Below, piece after piece: positions 7,541 through 15,573 of a DNA stretch of 20,000 nt. Under the pieces are notes generated by a model. It saw nothing but the letters and a program-made list of their open reading frames with translations, was not told the DNA's origin and did no database searches. Location of the stretch: IMG/VR virus record IMGVR_UViG_3300009164_000061, positions 58,377 through 78,376 of that record. One strand, given 5' to 3'. This DNA comes from an uncultured virus (IMG/VR IMGVR_UViG_3300009164_000061). Taxonomy: Duplodnaviria > Heunggongvirae > Uroviricota > Caudoviricetes. Each line of letters begins with the position of its first letter. Position 1 is the stretch's first letter. The translations under genes were made by a program, and so were the position numbers.

Positions 7541-8059
7541 ATGAGAAACCAGTCAATTCCCCGTCCGAACCTTAATCCACTCGCTCTTCCAAAACTTGCC
7601 TTAGCGGGCAGAGCGGTGCTTACCTTCCGTAACCTTGCCGAAGGCAGCCACATGACAGTTAAAATCAAGCAGTTGCGCGACAAGCAGGATCGCAAGAAAC
7701 TGTTGCCAATTTTCTACGTGTATATTTCTCTCTTGCAAGACGGTCGTACCGGCATGGATTTTGCAGGTACCCTGTTCGCGGAGGATATGGGAACCAAACT
7801 TGGTCGCGGAGTTCAGCCGGACTCTCGCCTAGCCCGTGCTCTCAACTGGATCGTAGCCGCAATCAAGAATCCTGAAATCTTACGCGGTCGAGTTGGACTC
7901 TTCCACGAAGGTAGATGTTGCAAATGCGGACTACCGCTTACCCATCCGGAATCTATCCACACAGCTCTTGGCCCAGTATGCTTGGAGAGAATGGTAGCCG
8001 CAGCACAAAGAGAGAATATCCGAATTGAAGAAATCTTTACACCAGTCGAGTCTATTTAG
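7541..8059 (+). CDS. DUF6011-like zinc-binding domain protein (start reassigned to ATG 7541)
   Basis: CCKCGLPLTHPESIHTALGPVC matches the CxxCGxxLTxPxSxxxGxGPxC pattern; the track's upstream TTG lies inside the promoter. Confidence 0.8.
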   Translation: MRNQSIPRPNLNPLALPKLALAGRAVLTFRNLAEGSHMTVKIKQLRDKQDRKKLLPIFYVYISLLQDGRTGMDFAGTLFAEDMGTKLGRGVQPDSRLARALNWIVAAIKNPEILRGRVGLFHEGRCCKCGLPLTHPESIHTALGPVCLERMVAAAQRENIRIEEIFTPVESI

Positions 8060-8089
8060 ACTCGGCCGGTTCGGTCTCCCTAGTCCCAG

Positions 8090-8136
8090 TTGTTAATAAC
8101 TTTATTTTTCCGTGTCAATTATTATTTGTATATTTG
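8090..8136 (+). promoter_or_regulatory. Early promoter cassette (type A, short)
   Basis: TTGTTAATAAC (8090), GTGTCAA (8112)-N10-TATATTTG (8129). Confidence 0.8.
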
Positions 8137-8162
8137 TATTAACCAATCTAAACCAACCAAAC

Positions 8163-8375
8163 ATGACAGAAGAACAATCGCTAATTTTCAGCCAGGTGTT
8201 AGACACCAATTGGCAAGTTAAAGAACTAATGGACGCCAACAAATGGCTCGAGTCTTTTGAGAAAGTAAAAGAGTTAAATGCCTTAAAGCAGAAACTTAAA
8301 GAGTCAATGGGCGCGGCCGCGTACGATAAATTTATTACTACTGGCCAGAAAATGTTTGCCCCAATTCAAGATTAA
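8163..8375 (+). CDS. Hypothetical protein (start reassigned to ATG 8163)
   Basis: MTEEQSLIF... after the AACCAACCAAAC leader; the GTG at 8112 is part of the promoter repeat. Confidence 0.8.
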   Translation: MTEEQSLIFSQVLDTNWQVKELMDANKWLESFEKVKELNALKQKLKESMGAAAYDKFITTGQKMFAPIQD

Positions 8376-8398
8376 TTAACCCTTAAATCCAATCAACC

Positions 8399-8584
8399 AT
8401 GAAGAAGATTATTAAATCATTTATCGAACGCTTAGCCGGTCTCCACCAGACGGCTGGAACCCCAGTAAACTTAGCGTACGGCGGAGGTCCACGGCTACAG
8501 AGCACAGTTTTACCTGATGAGACCCTAAGCTTCAACGAGTTTTGGATAAGGGTATATAAGCTCAACGGGCACAAGACTCCCTAG
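8399..8584 (+). CDS. Hypothetical protein
   Basis: 61 aa with CAATCAACC leader. Confidence 0.7.
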   Translation: MKKIIKSFIERLAGLHQTAGTPVNLAYGGGPRLQSTVLPDETLSFNEFWIRVYKLNGHKTP

Positions 8585-8635
8585 TCCCATTGTTATACCT
8601 AATTAATCATTAATCAACCCTAAAACAAATCAACT

Positions 8636-8935
8636 ATGCAAGAATATAAATTAGTGCTCGGAGAAGAAGAATATCAAGTAACACTTGAGTTTGGTAAATA
8701 CCATGGAAACGGAAGAACTGCAATTACGGTTGTAGATGCAACGTTTGGCGAAGACCTTCTAGTAGCTACGGTAAATATACCGGAAGCAAGTTTGGAAGAA
8801 GGAGAAACGGTAATAAAAGATTATTCAGAGAACGAAGGAATCCTAAAGTTCTTGGTCGAGAATAAGATCGTTAGTAAACCAGTCAGAACCGTAAGCACAG
8901 GTTTTGTACAATGTCAGGTGGTCAAGGTATTATAG
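8636..8935 (+). CDS. Hypothetical protein, DUF4313-like
   Basis: ATVNIP...IKDYSENEGILKFLVENKIV...TGFV recalled as similar to DUF4313; not verified. Confidence 0.65.
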   Translation: MQEYKLVLGEEEYQVTLEFGKYHGNGRTAITVVDATFGEDLLVATVNIPEASLEEGETVIKDYSENEGILKFLVENKIVSKPVRTVSTGFVQCQVVKVL

Positions 8936-8938
8936 AAA

Positions 8939-8985
8939 TTGTTAATAACTTTATTTTTTAGTGTCAAGTATTCTTTGTATATTTG
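8939..8985 (+). promoter_or_regulatory. Early promoter cassette (type A, short)
   Basis: TTGTTAATAAC (8939), GTGTCAA (8961)-N10-TATATTTG (8978). Confidence 0.8.
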
Positions 8986-8989
8986 TATT

Positions 8990-9109
8990 ATGAATAAGCA
9001 ATCAGAAAAACCCTGCTCTCACGAAAAAACTTATGTTGCAGTACGTCACGTAAGCGGAACTAAACTTGTAAAATGTAGCAGTTGCGGAAAACCCGTATAC
9101 TGCGGATAA
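8990..9109 (+). CDS. 39-aa zinc-ribbon mini-protein, probably leaderless; not in ORF track
   Basis: MNKQSEKPCSHEKTYVAVRHVSGTKLVKCSSCGKPVYCG has CxH...CxxC; ATG is 4 nt after the -7 element. Confidence 0.65.
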   Translation: MNKQSEKPCSHEKTYVAVRHVSGTKLVKCSSCGKPVYCG

Positions 9110-9133
9110 CCAAACCCTAAAACCAAATCAATC

Positions 9134-9379
9134 ATGGCAAAAAAAGAATTCACAGTAAAACAAGGGCTCGCAGTCCAGTCCAAGAACATGGCGTTCTGGA
9201 AAAAACTCTTAAAGAAGAAACACTATGCAACATTAGAAGAAGTTGTTGCTACACGAAATAGAGAGATCAAAGCTCGAGACGGTTATGAGGTCTATCGCGG
9301 TTCAGATATAAGTTGCGCAGTGCAGAACTTGTTCTATATTTCTGGAGAGTGTGACTCATTAATTCCAGTGGAAGACTAA
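9134..9379 (+). CDS. Hypothetical protein
   Basis: 81 aa with AAATCAATC leader and downstream terminator. Confidence 0.75.
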   Translation: MAKKEFTVKQGLAVQSKNMAFWKKLLKKKHYATLEEVVATRNREIKARDGYEVYRGSDISCAVQNLFYISGECDSLIPVED

Positions 9380-9401
9380 GGTACAAGTAATCCTTCATTA
9401 T

Positions 9402-9433
9402 AAAAAAGCGCGGCCAGTCAGCTGCGCTTTTTT
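9402..9433. terminator. Rho-independent terminator
   Basis: AAAAAAGCGCGGC-CAGTCA-GCTGCGCTTTTTT. Confidence 0.85.
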
Positions 9434-9466
9434 GGTATAGTATAATTATTATTAAAGACCAAAGAG

Positions 9467-9583
9467 ATGAGACACGATAACCAGGGCAAGAGACCTGATC
9501 AACCAGAATTCTCTGCCAAATTAGTAAGTATAGCAATAATAGGAATCTTAATTAGTGTAATTATTATTAAGATATTTGGGTAA
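9467..9583 (+). CDS. 38-aa single-pass membrane protein, not in ORF track
   Basis: MRHDNQGKRPDQPEFSAKLVSIAIIGILISVIIIKIFG; GTATAAT upstream. Confidence 0.6.
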   Translation: MRHDNQGKRPDQPEFSAKLVSIAIIGILISVIIIKIFG

Positions 9584-9615
9584 GATAATATTATAACCAA
9601 CTAGATATAAAGGAT

Positions 9616-9891
9616 ATGGACGCAAGAGAATTAGAAAAGAAAAAGATTATTACAGACTTAACTGACTTAGCTCAAAGTCTAGTAATCGGCGGAATCCGTA
9701 AAGACCAGCCGGATATTTTAATGTTAGGCAAGACCTTGCTTGCCGCGATTGGCGCAGTAGAAACACCGGGCGGTGCAGACATTCTAGAAGGGGTAATTAG
9801 AGAAACAAGCAACCGGATAAGAGTGGAACAAGCGCCAGTTGACGTATTAAAAGATTTACTTAGTGGGCTAGGAATCTCAACTAATGGGTAA
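9616..9891 (+). CDS. Hypothetical protein
   Basis: 91 aa ORF in the plus-strand cluster. Confidence 0.75.
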   Translation: MDARELEKKKIITDLTDLAQSLVIGGIRKDQPDILMLGKTLLAAIGAVETPGGADILEGVIRETSNRIRVEQAPVDVLKDLLSGLGISTNG

Positions 9892-9908
9892 TATAACCTT
9901 AAATAAGA

Positions 9909-9970
9909 AACTAAATTTGATTGGTTTGGTTGATTGATCCAGGACTGGGAACCCTAACAGGTTCCCTTTC
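9909..9970 (+). ncRNA. Candidate small RNA complementary to the early-gene leader motif
   Basis: TTTGATTGGTTTGGTTGATTGAT followed by hairpin GGGAACC-CTAACA-GGTTCCC-TTT; no ORF on either strand; expression not demonstrated. Confidence 0.4.
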
Positions 9971-10005
9971 CAGGTATTAAGAGCCAAAGTTAAATACAAG
10001 ATAAT

Positions 10006-10956
10006 ATGAAACAGATAAATTCAAAAGACGTTGTAAGAACGCTAGCCGAAAACAAAGAGGGCTATGATAAGTACGTAAACGAGATTGGTAAAAACAGACC
10101 CCTAAGCCGGGAAGAAGAGCTTGAAACCTTTGCACGAATCAAGGCTGGCGACGAGAGCGCGGTGGATAAGATTATAAAACATAACCTTCTGTTTGTTGTA
10201 ACTGTCGCAAAGAAATATCAGAACGTTGTGCAACAAGGTAGCTTGACTCTAGAAGACTTGATAAGCGAGGGTAATGTTGGGCTAGCCAAAGCGGTCCGCC
10301 GTTTTGACCCGGAAACCGGTAACAAGTTTATATCATATGCAGTATGGTGGATCAAGCAGACAATAATAGAAGCAATCAACGATCACATTAAGGTAATCCG
10401 GGTTCCAGTTAATGCAAGATACACTATGAATACGCTTAACGAGATCGAGAACGATCTGGAAATCAAGCACGGTAGACCAGTATCAGTTGAAGAATTATTG
10501 GAAGCAGCGGAGGTCCATCCAAAGATGGAAAATAAAATGAAGGTCTCGGCTCGAGTTATTTCAGAACTTAAGGGTATTAGTAGTTTTGAGAAAAGAATAG
10601 ACGATCCAATCGGTGAGGATTCCGAGGAGAAATTTTCAGACAGATTGCAATCTACGGATCTAACGGATTCCGAATTATACCGGGAAGAAAAGTCTAGAGT
10701 AATAGAGGCTATGCTTTACGGTATAAACTCCGAAACCCGGGAATGGATTAACTTGATCTATGGGCTCAACGGCTCGGAACCTCAAAGTTATAAAAGCCTT
10801 GCTGACCGATTTGAGTGTAGTCCGGAAACTATTAGACAACGAGTTAGCACGGCTCTCACTAGAATCCGCCGAACCCATAAAGATAAACTAACTTACTTTG
10901 ACCCAAATTATACTGGAAGAGATTCACAGTATAAAAGAATTAGACCGACCTGGTAA
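10006..10956 (+). CDS. RNA polymerase sigma70 factor, RpoD/SigA-like (Bacteroidota type, no region 1.1)
   Basis: Regions 1.2 to 4: LSREEELE, NLLFVVTVAKKYQ, LEDLISEGNVGL..AV.RFDP..GNKFISYAVWWIKQ, IRVPVN, C-terminal HTH SPETIRQ. Confidence 0.95.
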   Translation: MKQINSKDVVRTLAENKEGYDKYVNEIGKNRPLSREEELETFARIKAGDESAVDKIIKHNLLFVVTVAKKYQNVVQQGSLTLEDLISEGNVGLAKAVRRFDPETGNKFISYAVWWIKQTIIEAINDHIKVIRVPVNARYTMNTLNEIENDLEIKHGRPVSVEELLEAAEVHPKMENKMKVSARVISELKGISSFEKRIDDPIGEDSEEKFSDRLQSTDLTDSELYREEKSRVIEAMLYGINSETREWINLIYGLNGSEPQSYKSLADRFECSPETIRQRVSTALTRIRRTHKDKLTYFDPNYTGRDSQYKRIRPTW

Positions 10957-11023
10957 TTGTTAATAACTTTTGAAAAAAGATTCCCTAAACATTTTTTTGT
11001 TTGGGGATTTTTTGTTAGGTTTG
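10957..11023 (+). promoter_or_regulatory. Terminator-hairpin/early-promoter cassette (type B)
   Basis: TTGTTAATAAC (10957), TCCCTAAACA-Tn-TGTTTGGGGA-T6, TAGGTTTG (11016). Confidence 0.8.
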
Positions 11024-11051
11024 TATTCTAAACCAATCTAAAAAATTAATT

Positions 11052-11285
11052 ATGAAACAGGAAGTTAAAATTAAAAAAGTTTATGCGGCCGGCATTATAA
11101 ATCCAAAAGACCAATGGTCTTGGCAAGGCACAGTGGTTGCCCATTCAATAGCGGAAGCTAAAAGATTATTAACCTCATATAAAAAAGAGGATGGTATGCA
11201 GGGTCGTTGCGAGGTAATCGATATGGATGGACCTCATTATACTAATCGCCCAATCGGCGTAAGCGATACTACTCAATTATTTTAA
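11052..11285 (+). CDS. Hypothetical protein
   Basis: 77 aa directly behind the cassette. Confidence 0.75.
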   Translation: MKQEVKIKKVYAAGIINPKDQWSWQGTVVAHSIAEAKRLLTSYKKEDGMQGRCEVIDMDGPHYTNRPIGVSDTTQLF

Positions 11286-11307
11286 ATCAATCTAAACCCC
11301 AAATCTC

Positions 11308-11436
11308 ATGATAAAGAAAATCATAACTGTCGCAATCGTAATACTATTAATAATTAAGTTTAGACTCGTTGGAGAAATTATTATTTCAGTCTTAAATTTA
11401 TTAGAGTCAATTATACAGACCCTAATCTCAATTTAA
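11308..11436 (+). CDS. 42-aa hydrophobic membrane peptide, not in ORF track
   Basis: MIKKIITVAIVILLIIKFRLVGEIIISVLNLLESIIQTLISI; typical leader; stop abuts the next cassette. Confidence 0.6.
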   Translation: MIKKIITVAIVILLIIKFRLVGEIIISVLNLLESIIQTLISI

Positions 11437-11504
11437 TTGTTAATAACTTTTTTGAAAATAATTGTGAAATAATTTTTTAGTGTCAAACCTATTTGTTATA
11501 TTTG
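11437..11504 (+). promoter_or_regulatory. Early promoter cassette (type A)
   Basis: TTGTTAATAAC (11437), GTGTCAA (11480)-N10-TATATTTG (11497). Confidence 0.8.
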
Positions 11505-11533
11505 TATTCTAAACCAATCTAAAAAAATAAATT

Positions 11534-11710
11534 ATGACAAGCAGACAAATCGCCTACCAAAAATTAGAAGAACTTCGCGAAGCAGGTTTTTCAGACACCC
11601 AAATCCTAGAAGATATTTTAGGTAATCAATTATCCGGCTCTGAAGCAGAAGAGGCAATCACTGCAACAGCTGAAGCATTTATCGAATACATGGATTTTGA
11701 TTCTGAATAA
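11534..11710 (+). CDS. 58-aa acidic protein, not in ORF track
   Basis: MTSRQIAYQKLEELREAGFSDTQILEDILGNQLSGSEAEEAITATAEAFIEYMDFDSE. Confidence 0.75.
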   Translation: MTSRQIAYQKLEELREAGFSDTQILEDILGNQLSGSEAEEAITATAEAFIEYMDFDSE

Positions 11711-11750
11711 ACTAACCTAATTTAACCAACCCCTAAAAACCTTATCAATT

Positions 11751-12146
11751 ATGGAAATCAAATTAACCACAACCGAATCAGAAGAAATATTTCATACCGC
11801 TCTTTGCAACGCGCTAGGCTATGTACAAGGATATGGAATCGAATTAGACTTTTTTAAACAGGACTATGAGCGAGCTTCTAGTGCCTTGAAGAAAGAAAAT
11901 CCTGGAACCCAAATCTGTTACGAAGATGTTTTACTTAGACTCTTGAAAGACGGCAAGGAACTTACAATGGTCGATCATGAATGCGACGGAGAATATACTC
12001 GTTCTATTTCTATCAAGGACGTCCACGAGCGAGTTTCTAAAACTCCAATCAGACACTTAATGGATATGATAAACGAAGACGGGGATGCAGTAACATCTGA
12101 TGTAGTGTTACAGACAGTATTCTTTGAAGACGTAATATTCGGCTAG
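11751..12146 (+). CDS. Hypothetical phage protein
   Basis: 131 aa ending DAVTSDVVLQTVFFEDVIFG, a C-terminal pattern recalled from early proteins of large phages. Confidence 0.8.
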   Translation: MEIKLTTTESEEIFHTALCNALGYVQGYGIELDFFKQDYERASSALKKENPGTQICYEDVLLRLLKDGKELTMVDHECDGEYTRSISIKDVHERVSKTPIRHLMDMINEDGDAVTSDVVLQTVFFEDVIFG

Positions 12147-12183
12147 CCGGAACCGGCTTTGGCCGGTTCTCCCTAGTCCCAAA

Positions 12184-12230
12184 TTGTTAATAACTTTATT
12201 TTTTAGTGTCAACTTAATTACTTATATTTG
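12184..12230 (+). promoter_or_regulatory. Early promoter cassette (type A, short)
   Basis: TTGTTAATAAC (12184), GTGTCAA (12206)-N10-TATATTTG (12223). Confidence 0.8.
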
Positions 12231-12271
12231 CTTTATCAATTATTAATCAACCCTTAAAAAAAAAATCAATC

Positions 12272-12691
12272 ATGGCAACAAGAAGCAGAATCGCAATCGA
12301 AAATTCAGACAAGACAGTATCAAGTATTTACTGTCACAGTGACGGCTACCCAGAAGGAGTCGGTCAAACCTTAATGTCTTTCTATCAGGACAGAAACAAA
12401 GTTGAAGAACTAATCGCGCTAGGCGATCTTAGTATCTTGGGAGCCCGAACAGCCCCAACCCCAGGTGTACCACATTCGTTTGATGGAGAACGCGAAAAAG
12501 GAGTAACTGTCGCCGACCACCGAGACAGAGAAGAGGATCTCCGTAGTCCCAGACTAGATGCTGGCCTAGCAGTATTCAACAGGTCAGACGTTGAAGAATA
12601 CGGATATGTATATACCCTTGAAGGAGAATGGTACATGGTAGACGGTCATAGGGATATCCGTAATTTAACACCACTCGCTGAACTATTATAA
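12272..12691 (+). CDS. Conserved phage protein of the MxTRS...YxHxDGYP family
   Basis: MATRSRIAI...SIYCHSDGYPEGVG...EEYGYVY. Confidence 0.8.
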   Translation: MATRSRIAIENSDKTVSSIYCHSDGYPEGVGQTLMSFYQDRNKVEELIALGDLSILGARTAPTPGVPHSFDGEREKGVTVADHRDREEDLRSPRLDAGLAVFNRSDVEEYGYVYTLEGEWYMVDGHRDIRNLTPLAELL

Positions 12692-12697
12692 AAATAA

Positions 12698-12730
12698 ATT
12701 TTTCCGTGTCAAAATAATTTATTATATTTA
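12698..12730 (+). promoter_or_regulatory. Early promoter (type A core, lacking the TGTTAATAAC box)
   Basis: TTTTTCCGTGTCAA (GTGTCAA at 12706)-N10-TATATTTA (12723). Confidence 0.65.
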
Positions 12731-12757
12731 CAATCAACCCCCTAAAACCAATCAATC

Positions 12758-13486
12758 ATGAGTAATAAGAGATTTGAAACAGCAGCTGGACTGCCACAGT
12801 ATTTTAAAAGTTTAGATAGAAATTCTAAACCAATCAGTAAAGAAGAAGAGCTTAAGCTTGCTAGACGGATTCAGGCTGGAGACGAGACTGCCGTTAATAT
12901 CCTGGTTACGGCCAACCTTAAGTTCGTTGTAACTCTTGCCAATAAGTTTATTGGTATGGGCTTATCAATTGAAGACTTAATTCAAGAAGGTAATGCTGGT
13001 CTTATCGAAGCTGCTCGCAAGTTTACAGCAGATAAGAATGTAAAGTTTATAACCTATGCCCAGTTCTGGATTCGCAAGAGACTAAATCTTTCTCTTTGCG
13101 AGTATGGAAGAACCGTTAGGATTCCGGTAAATCAGGAATATGCAATATACAAACAGAAGATGCTAGGTGAATCAATTAACCTAACCAATATTGCACTAGA
13201 TCGCCCAATCGGCGAGGATGGAGACAATACGCTAGGTGATCTTATCTTAAGAACAGAAGCAGTTGATCCGTTTGAATCACAGGAAACTACACAGTTTATT
13301 AATCGATTACTCGGTAAGTTAAAGGTAACCGATAGAGAAATTGTAGAATTATTCTATGGTCTAGTAGGCGATGGCTTATCTACAAAAGAAATTGCTGCTC
13401 AAGTCGGTAAAACTCCAGCGGAAGTTAATCGTTCTCTTAAAGTTGCTAGAGCTCAAATGAGAAAGGAGGTTGTATGCAAACGCTAA
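12758..13486 (+). CDS. Second RNA polymerase sigma70-family factor (shortened region 3)
   Basis: ISKEEELKLARRIQAGD, NLKFVVTLANKF, IEDLIQEGNAGLIEAARKF, KFITYAQFWIRK, VRIPVN, C-terminal HTH. Confidence 0.93.
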   Translation: MSNKRFETAAGLPQYFKSLDRNSKPISKEEELKLARRIQAGDETAVNILVTANLKFVVTLANKFIGMGLSIEDLIQEGNAGLIEAARKFTADKNVKFITYAQFWIRKRLNLSLCEYGRTVRIPVNQEYAIYKQKMLGESINLTNIALDRPIGEDGDNTLGDLILRTEAVDPFESQETTQFINRLLGKLKVTDREIVELFYGLVGDGLSTKEIAAQVGKTPAEVNRSLKVARAQMRKEVVCKR

Positions 13487-13689
13487 CTCACGCAAGCACA
13501 ATGGCCGAAATGGCGGTTGATATTCTATTCTCGGAAGGAGACCCATTCAAGGGTAAAGTAGACAGACTTAAACTATACGATGCAATTCGTCAAGCCACAT
13601 TGAAGAAATTAGTTATTGAAGACGACGATATTCTAGATGAGGAAGAATTCCAGGAATGTTTAAAGGTTTCTAAAATAGAAAACTGTTAA
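13474..13689 (+). CDS. Hypothetical protein
   Basis: 71 aa overlapping the sigma stop by 13 nt. Confidence 0.7.
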   Translation: MQTLTHASTMAEMAVDILFSEGDPFKGKVDRLKLYDAIRQATLKKLVIEDDDILDEEEFQECLKVSKIENC

Positions 13690-13749
13690 TAACTTTTAAA
13701 AAAAAGATCCCCAACCATTTTTTTGTTTGGGGATTTTTTGTTATATTTG
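13684..13749 (+). promoter_or_regulatory. Terminator-hairpin/early-promoter cassette (type B)
   Basis: TGTTAATAAC (13684), ATCCCCAACCA-Tn-TGTTTGGGGAT-T5, TATATTTG (13742). Confidence 0.8.
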
Positions 13750-13780
13750 CTCTATATTAATCAATTAACCCCAATAGACA

Positions 13781-13957
13781 ATGAAAAAGCCAAAGACTGC
13801 CCCAAAGAAATTACTCAAACAACTAGAGTATTTTAAACAAACTGCCGACTTCTTCCGAAATGCAACAGGAACCCAGAACGATTTGGATAATGCTGCAAAA
13901 TACGATCGATGGGCGGATGGTGTACAGAAACAAATAGATGATATTATTAATTCTTAA
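13781..13957 (+). CDS. 58-aa hypothetical protein, not in ORF track
   Basis: MKKPKTAPKKLLKQLEYFKQTADFFRNATGTQNDLDNAAKYDRWADGVQKQIDDIINS. Confidence 0.7.
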   Translation: MKKPKTAPKKLLKQLEYFKQTADFFRNATGTQNDLDNAAKYDRWADGVQKQIDDIINS

Positions 13958-13968
13958 TCCAATATCCT

Positions 13969-14139
13969 ATGAAAATCTTAAGCATTATAAATAATGAATT
14001 CGTAGAAATCCTATGGATTGACGATTCAGAAATAGAGATTATTCCTATTCAAGAGTTTATTGACATCCATGGAGCTGCAAAATTAAAAACATTTAAAAAA
14101 CTAGATCATGATAATAGAAATCAACCATCCAGCAATTAG
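13969..14139 (+). CDS. 56-aa hypothetical protein, not in ORF track
   Basis: MKILSIINNEFVEILWIDDSEIEIIPIQEFIDIHG... fills the gap between neighbouring genes. Confidence 0.6.
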   Translation: MKILSIINNEFVEILWIDDSEIEIIPIQEFIDIHGAAKLKTFKKLDHDNRNQPSSN

Positions 14140-14389
14140 CTTCAATAAAGAAGACTCTACCTTTGTGGCTGAGCTCTCTTCTCTAGAGCAGACTCGGTTT
14201 GAAATAACTGACCTGTGTTTTAAAGCAACTCCGATTTATGTTCGGAATCCAAAAACCGGCAAGCAGATTCGAATGACCCGAACCGCAGTTGACTCTAGCG
14301 ACGGCGGCGAAGACATTGCAGGCTGGTGGTACCGCGGTTTTAACCAGGAAAATGGAAAGAGCTTCAAGTTTCTATTCATTAATGACTAA
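14108..14389 (+). CDS. Hypothetical protein
   Basis: 93 aa; EDIAGWWY...FLFIND. Confidence 0.75.
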   Translation: MIIEINHPAISFNKEDSTFVAELSSLEQTRFEITDLCFKATPIYVRNPKTGKQIRMTRTAVDSSDGGEDIAGWWYRGFNQENGKSFKFLFIND

Positions 14390-14453
14390 AATCTTTTGAC
14401 CCCAATTAGGTATAATAATACTAGCAGAAATATGAAAATAAATAATAGAAACC

Positions 14454-14717
14454 ATGGCAGACTTAAATCAATACTCGCGAATATTATTGGATCTAATCCA
14501 TCTTAGACAGACCGATTACGATGCCTTCATGAATAGACTTTATGAAGCCCTAACCGGCGAGTTTAAAGATGCTCTTTACGATACAAGCCCAATTGAAGAG
14601 AAATCTCAAGCAGTTTGGAGCATGATAAAACATTTTGAAAAACAGGAAGAATTTGAGAAATGTGCAAGTCTCAAGAAGATGATAGAAGAAATTGACCATA
14701 AACCCATTAACAAATAA
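14454..14717 (+). CDS. Hypothetical protein with UvrB/UvrC-like motif
   Basis: HFEKQEEFEKCASLKK. Confidence 0.75.
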   Translation: MADLNQYSRILLDLIHLRQTDYDAFMNRLYEALTGEFKDALYDTSPIEEKSQAVWSMIKHFEKQEEFEKCASLKKMIEEIDHKPINK

Positions 14718-14721
14718 GACT

Positions 14722-14787
14722 ATGTGTATAATCGCAGGAATCCTAGTAATTGTAGCAGTCATTGCTCAATTTAAAATAAAAGACTAA
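14722..14787 (+). CDS. Possible 21-aa membrane micro-peptide
   Basis: MCIIAGILVIVAVIAQFKIKD exactly fills the gap between the flanking genes. Confidence 0.4.
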   Translation: MCIIAGILVIVAVIAQFKIKD

Positions 14788-14788
14788 T

Positions 14789-15088
14789 ATGGCAGCTTCA
14801 TTAATTAAAATTGTAACCTCAACCTCAATTCGAGAGTTTACGCCAGCTTCAGTAATAAAGATTGAATATCAGGTTGGAGCAAACAAACTAGATATTGTGT
14901 TGCAAGGCTTGATTGTTGTAACACTACAATTACAGTCTTCAACTGAAGCCTTAATTAAGCTAGGCCAGCTCGAGACTGCCATGAATTCTGGAACTGGAAT
15001 CGTAACAATAAACGAGACTCCAACTGTTACAACTACAACTGTTGCTCCAACAACTACCACTACTACTTTGGGAGAAGCTCCGCATTAA
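14789..15088 (+). CDS. Hypothetical protein with Thr-rich tail
   Basis: TPTVTTTTVAPTTTTTT low-complexity C-terminus. Confidence 0.75.
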   Translation: MAASLIKIVTSTSIREFTPASVIKIEYQVGANKLDIVLQGLIVVTLQLQSSTEALIKLGQLETAMNSGTGIVTINETPTVTTTTVAPTTTTTTLGEAPH

Positions 15089-15093
15089 TAACT

Positions 15094-15161
15094 TTGTTAA
15101 TAACTTTTGGGAAAATAGTTTAATAAAAGTTTTTTAGTGTCAAATAGATTTGTTATATTTG
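15094..15161 (+). promoter_or_regulatory. Early promoter cassette (type A)
   Basis: TTGTTAATAAC (15094), GTGTCAA (15137)-N10-TATATTTG (15154). Confidence 0.8.
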
Positions 15162-15192
15162 CTTTATCAATTAACAATCTAAAAAACAAATC

Positions 15193-15573
15193 ATGACAAC
15201 ATTCGCTTTAATTCGCTTCGGCCAAACCCCAAGTCCAATCGTATCGCAAGCATTAGCTCCGCATATCATTGGCAAAGCAGTAGCAGTACCAATTCCTGGT
15301 GCAATACTATCAATCTTCAATACTGAGTCATCAGTAGACGAGGTAAGAGAGTCAGTCCAGGCAACTGGTGTATTCTTTATCCTATCTGATCGTGCACAAT
15401 TAGCACTACCTCAACCTCTCATGGACGCAATCACAAAGGCTTTTCCAAATGATGGTGAACCAGCTAAGGAAGATAATGCTTTAACGATGGACGAAATCCT
15501 GGACCTCATAAGTCAAAATGGAATTGAGTCCCTAACTCCAGCTCAAAAGCAGCAACTAGAGAATCTCAGTTAA
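15193..15573 (+). CDS. Hypothetical protein
   Basis: 126 aa; C-terminal MDEILDLISQNGIESLT resembles the DUF6576-type 'LDKI..G..SLT' helix pair (unverified). Confidence 0.75.
   Translation: MTTFALIRFGQTPSPIVSQALAPHIIGKAVAVPIPGAILSIFNTESSVDEVRESVQATGVFFILSDRAQLALPQPLMDAITKAFPNDGEPAKEDNALTMDEILDLISQNGIESLTPAQKQQLENLS

Noticed and set aside
7184..7695. Minus-strand ORFs 7184-7375 and 7345-7695
   Set aside because: They run antisense through promoter cassettes and real plus-strand genes
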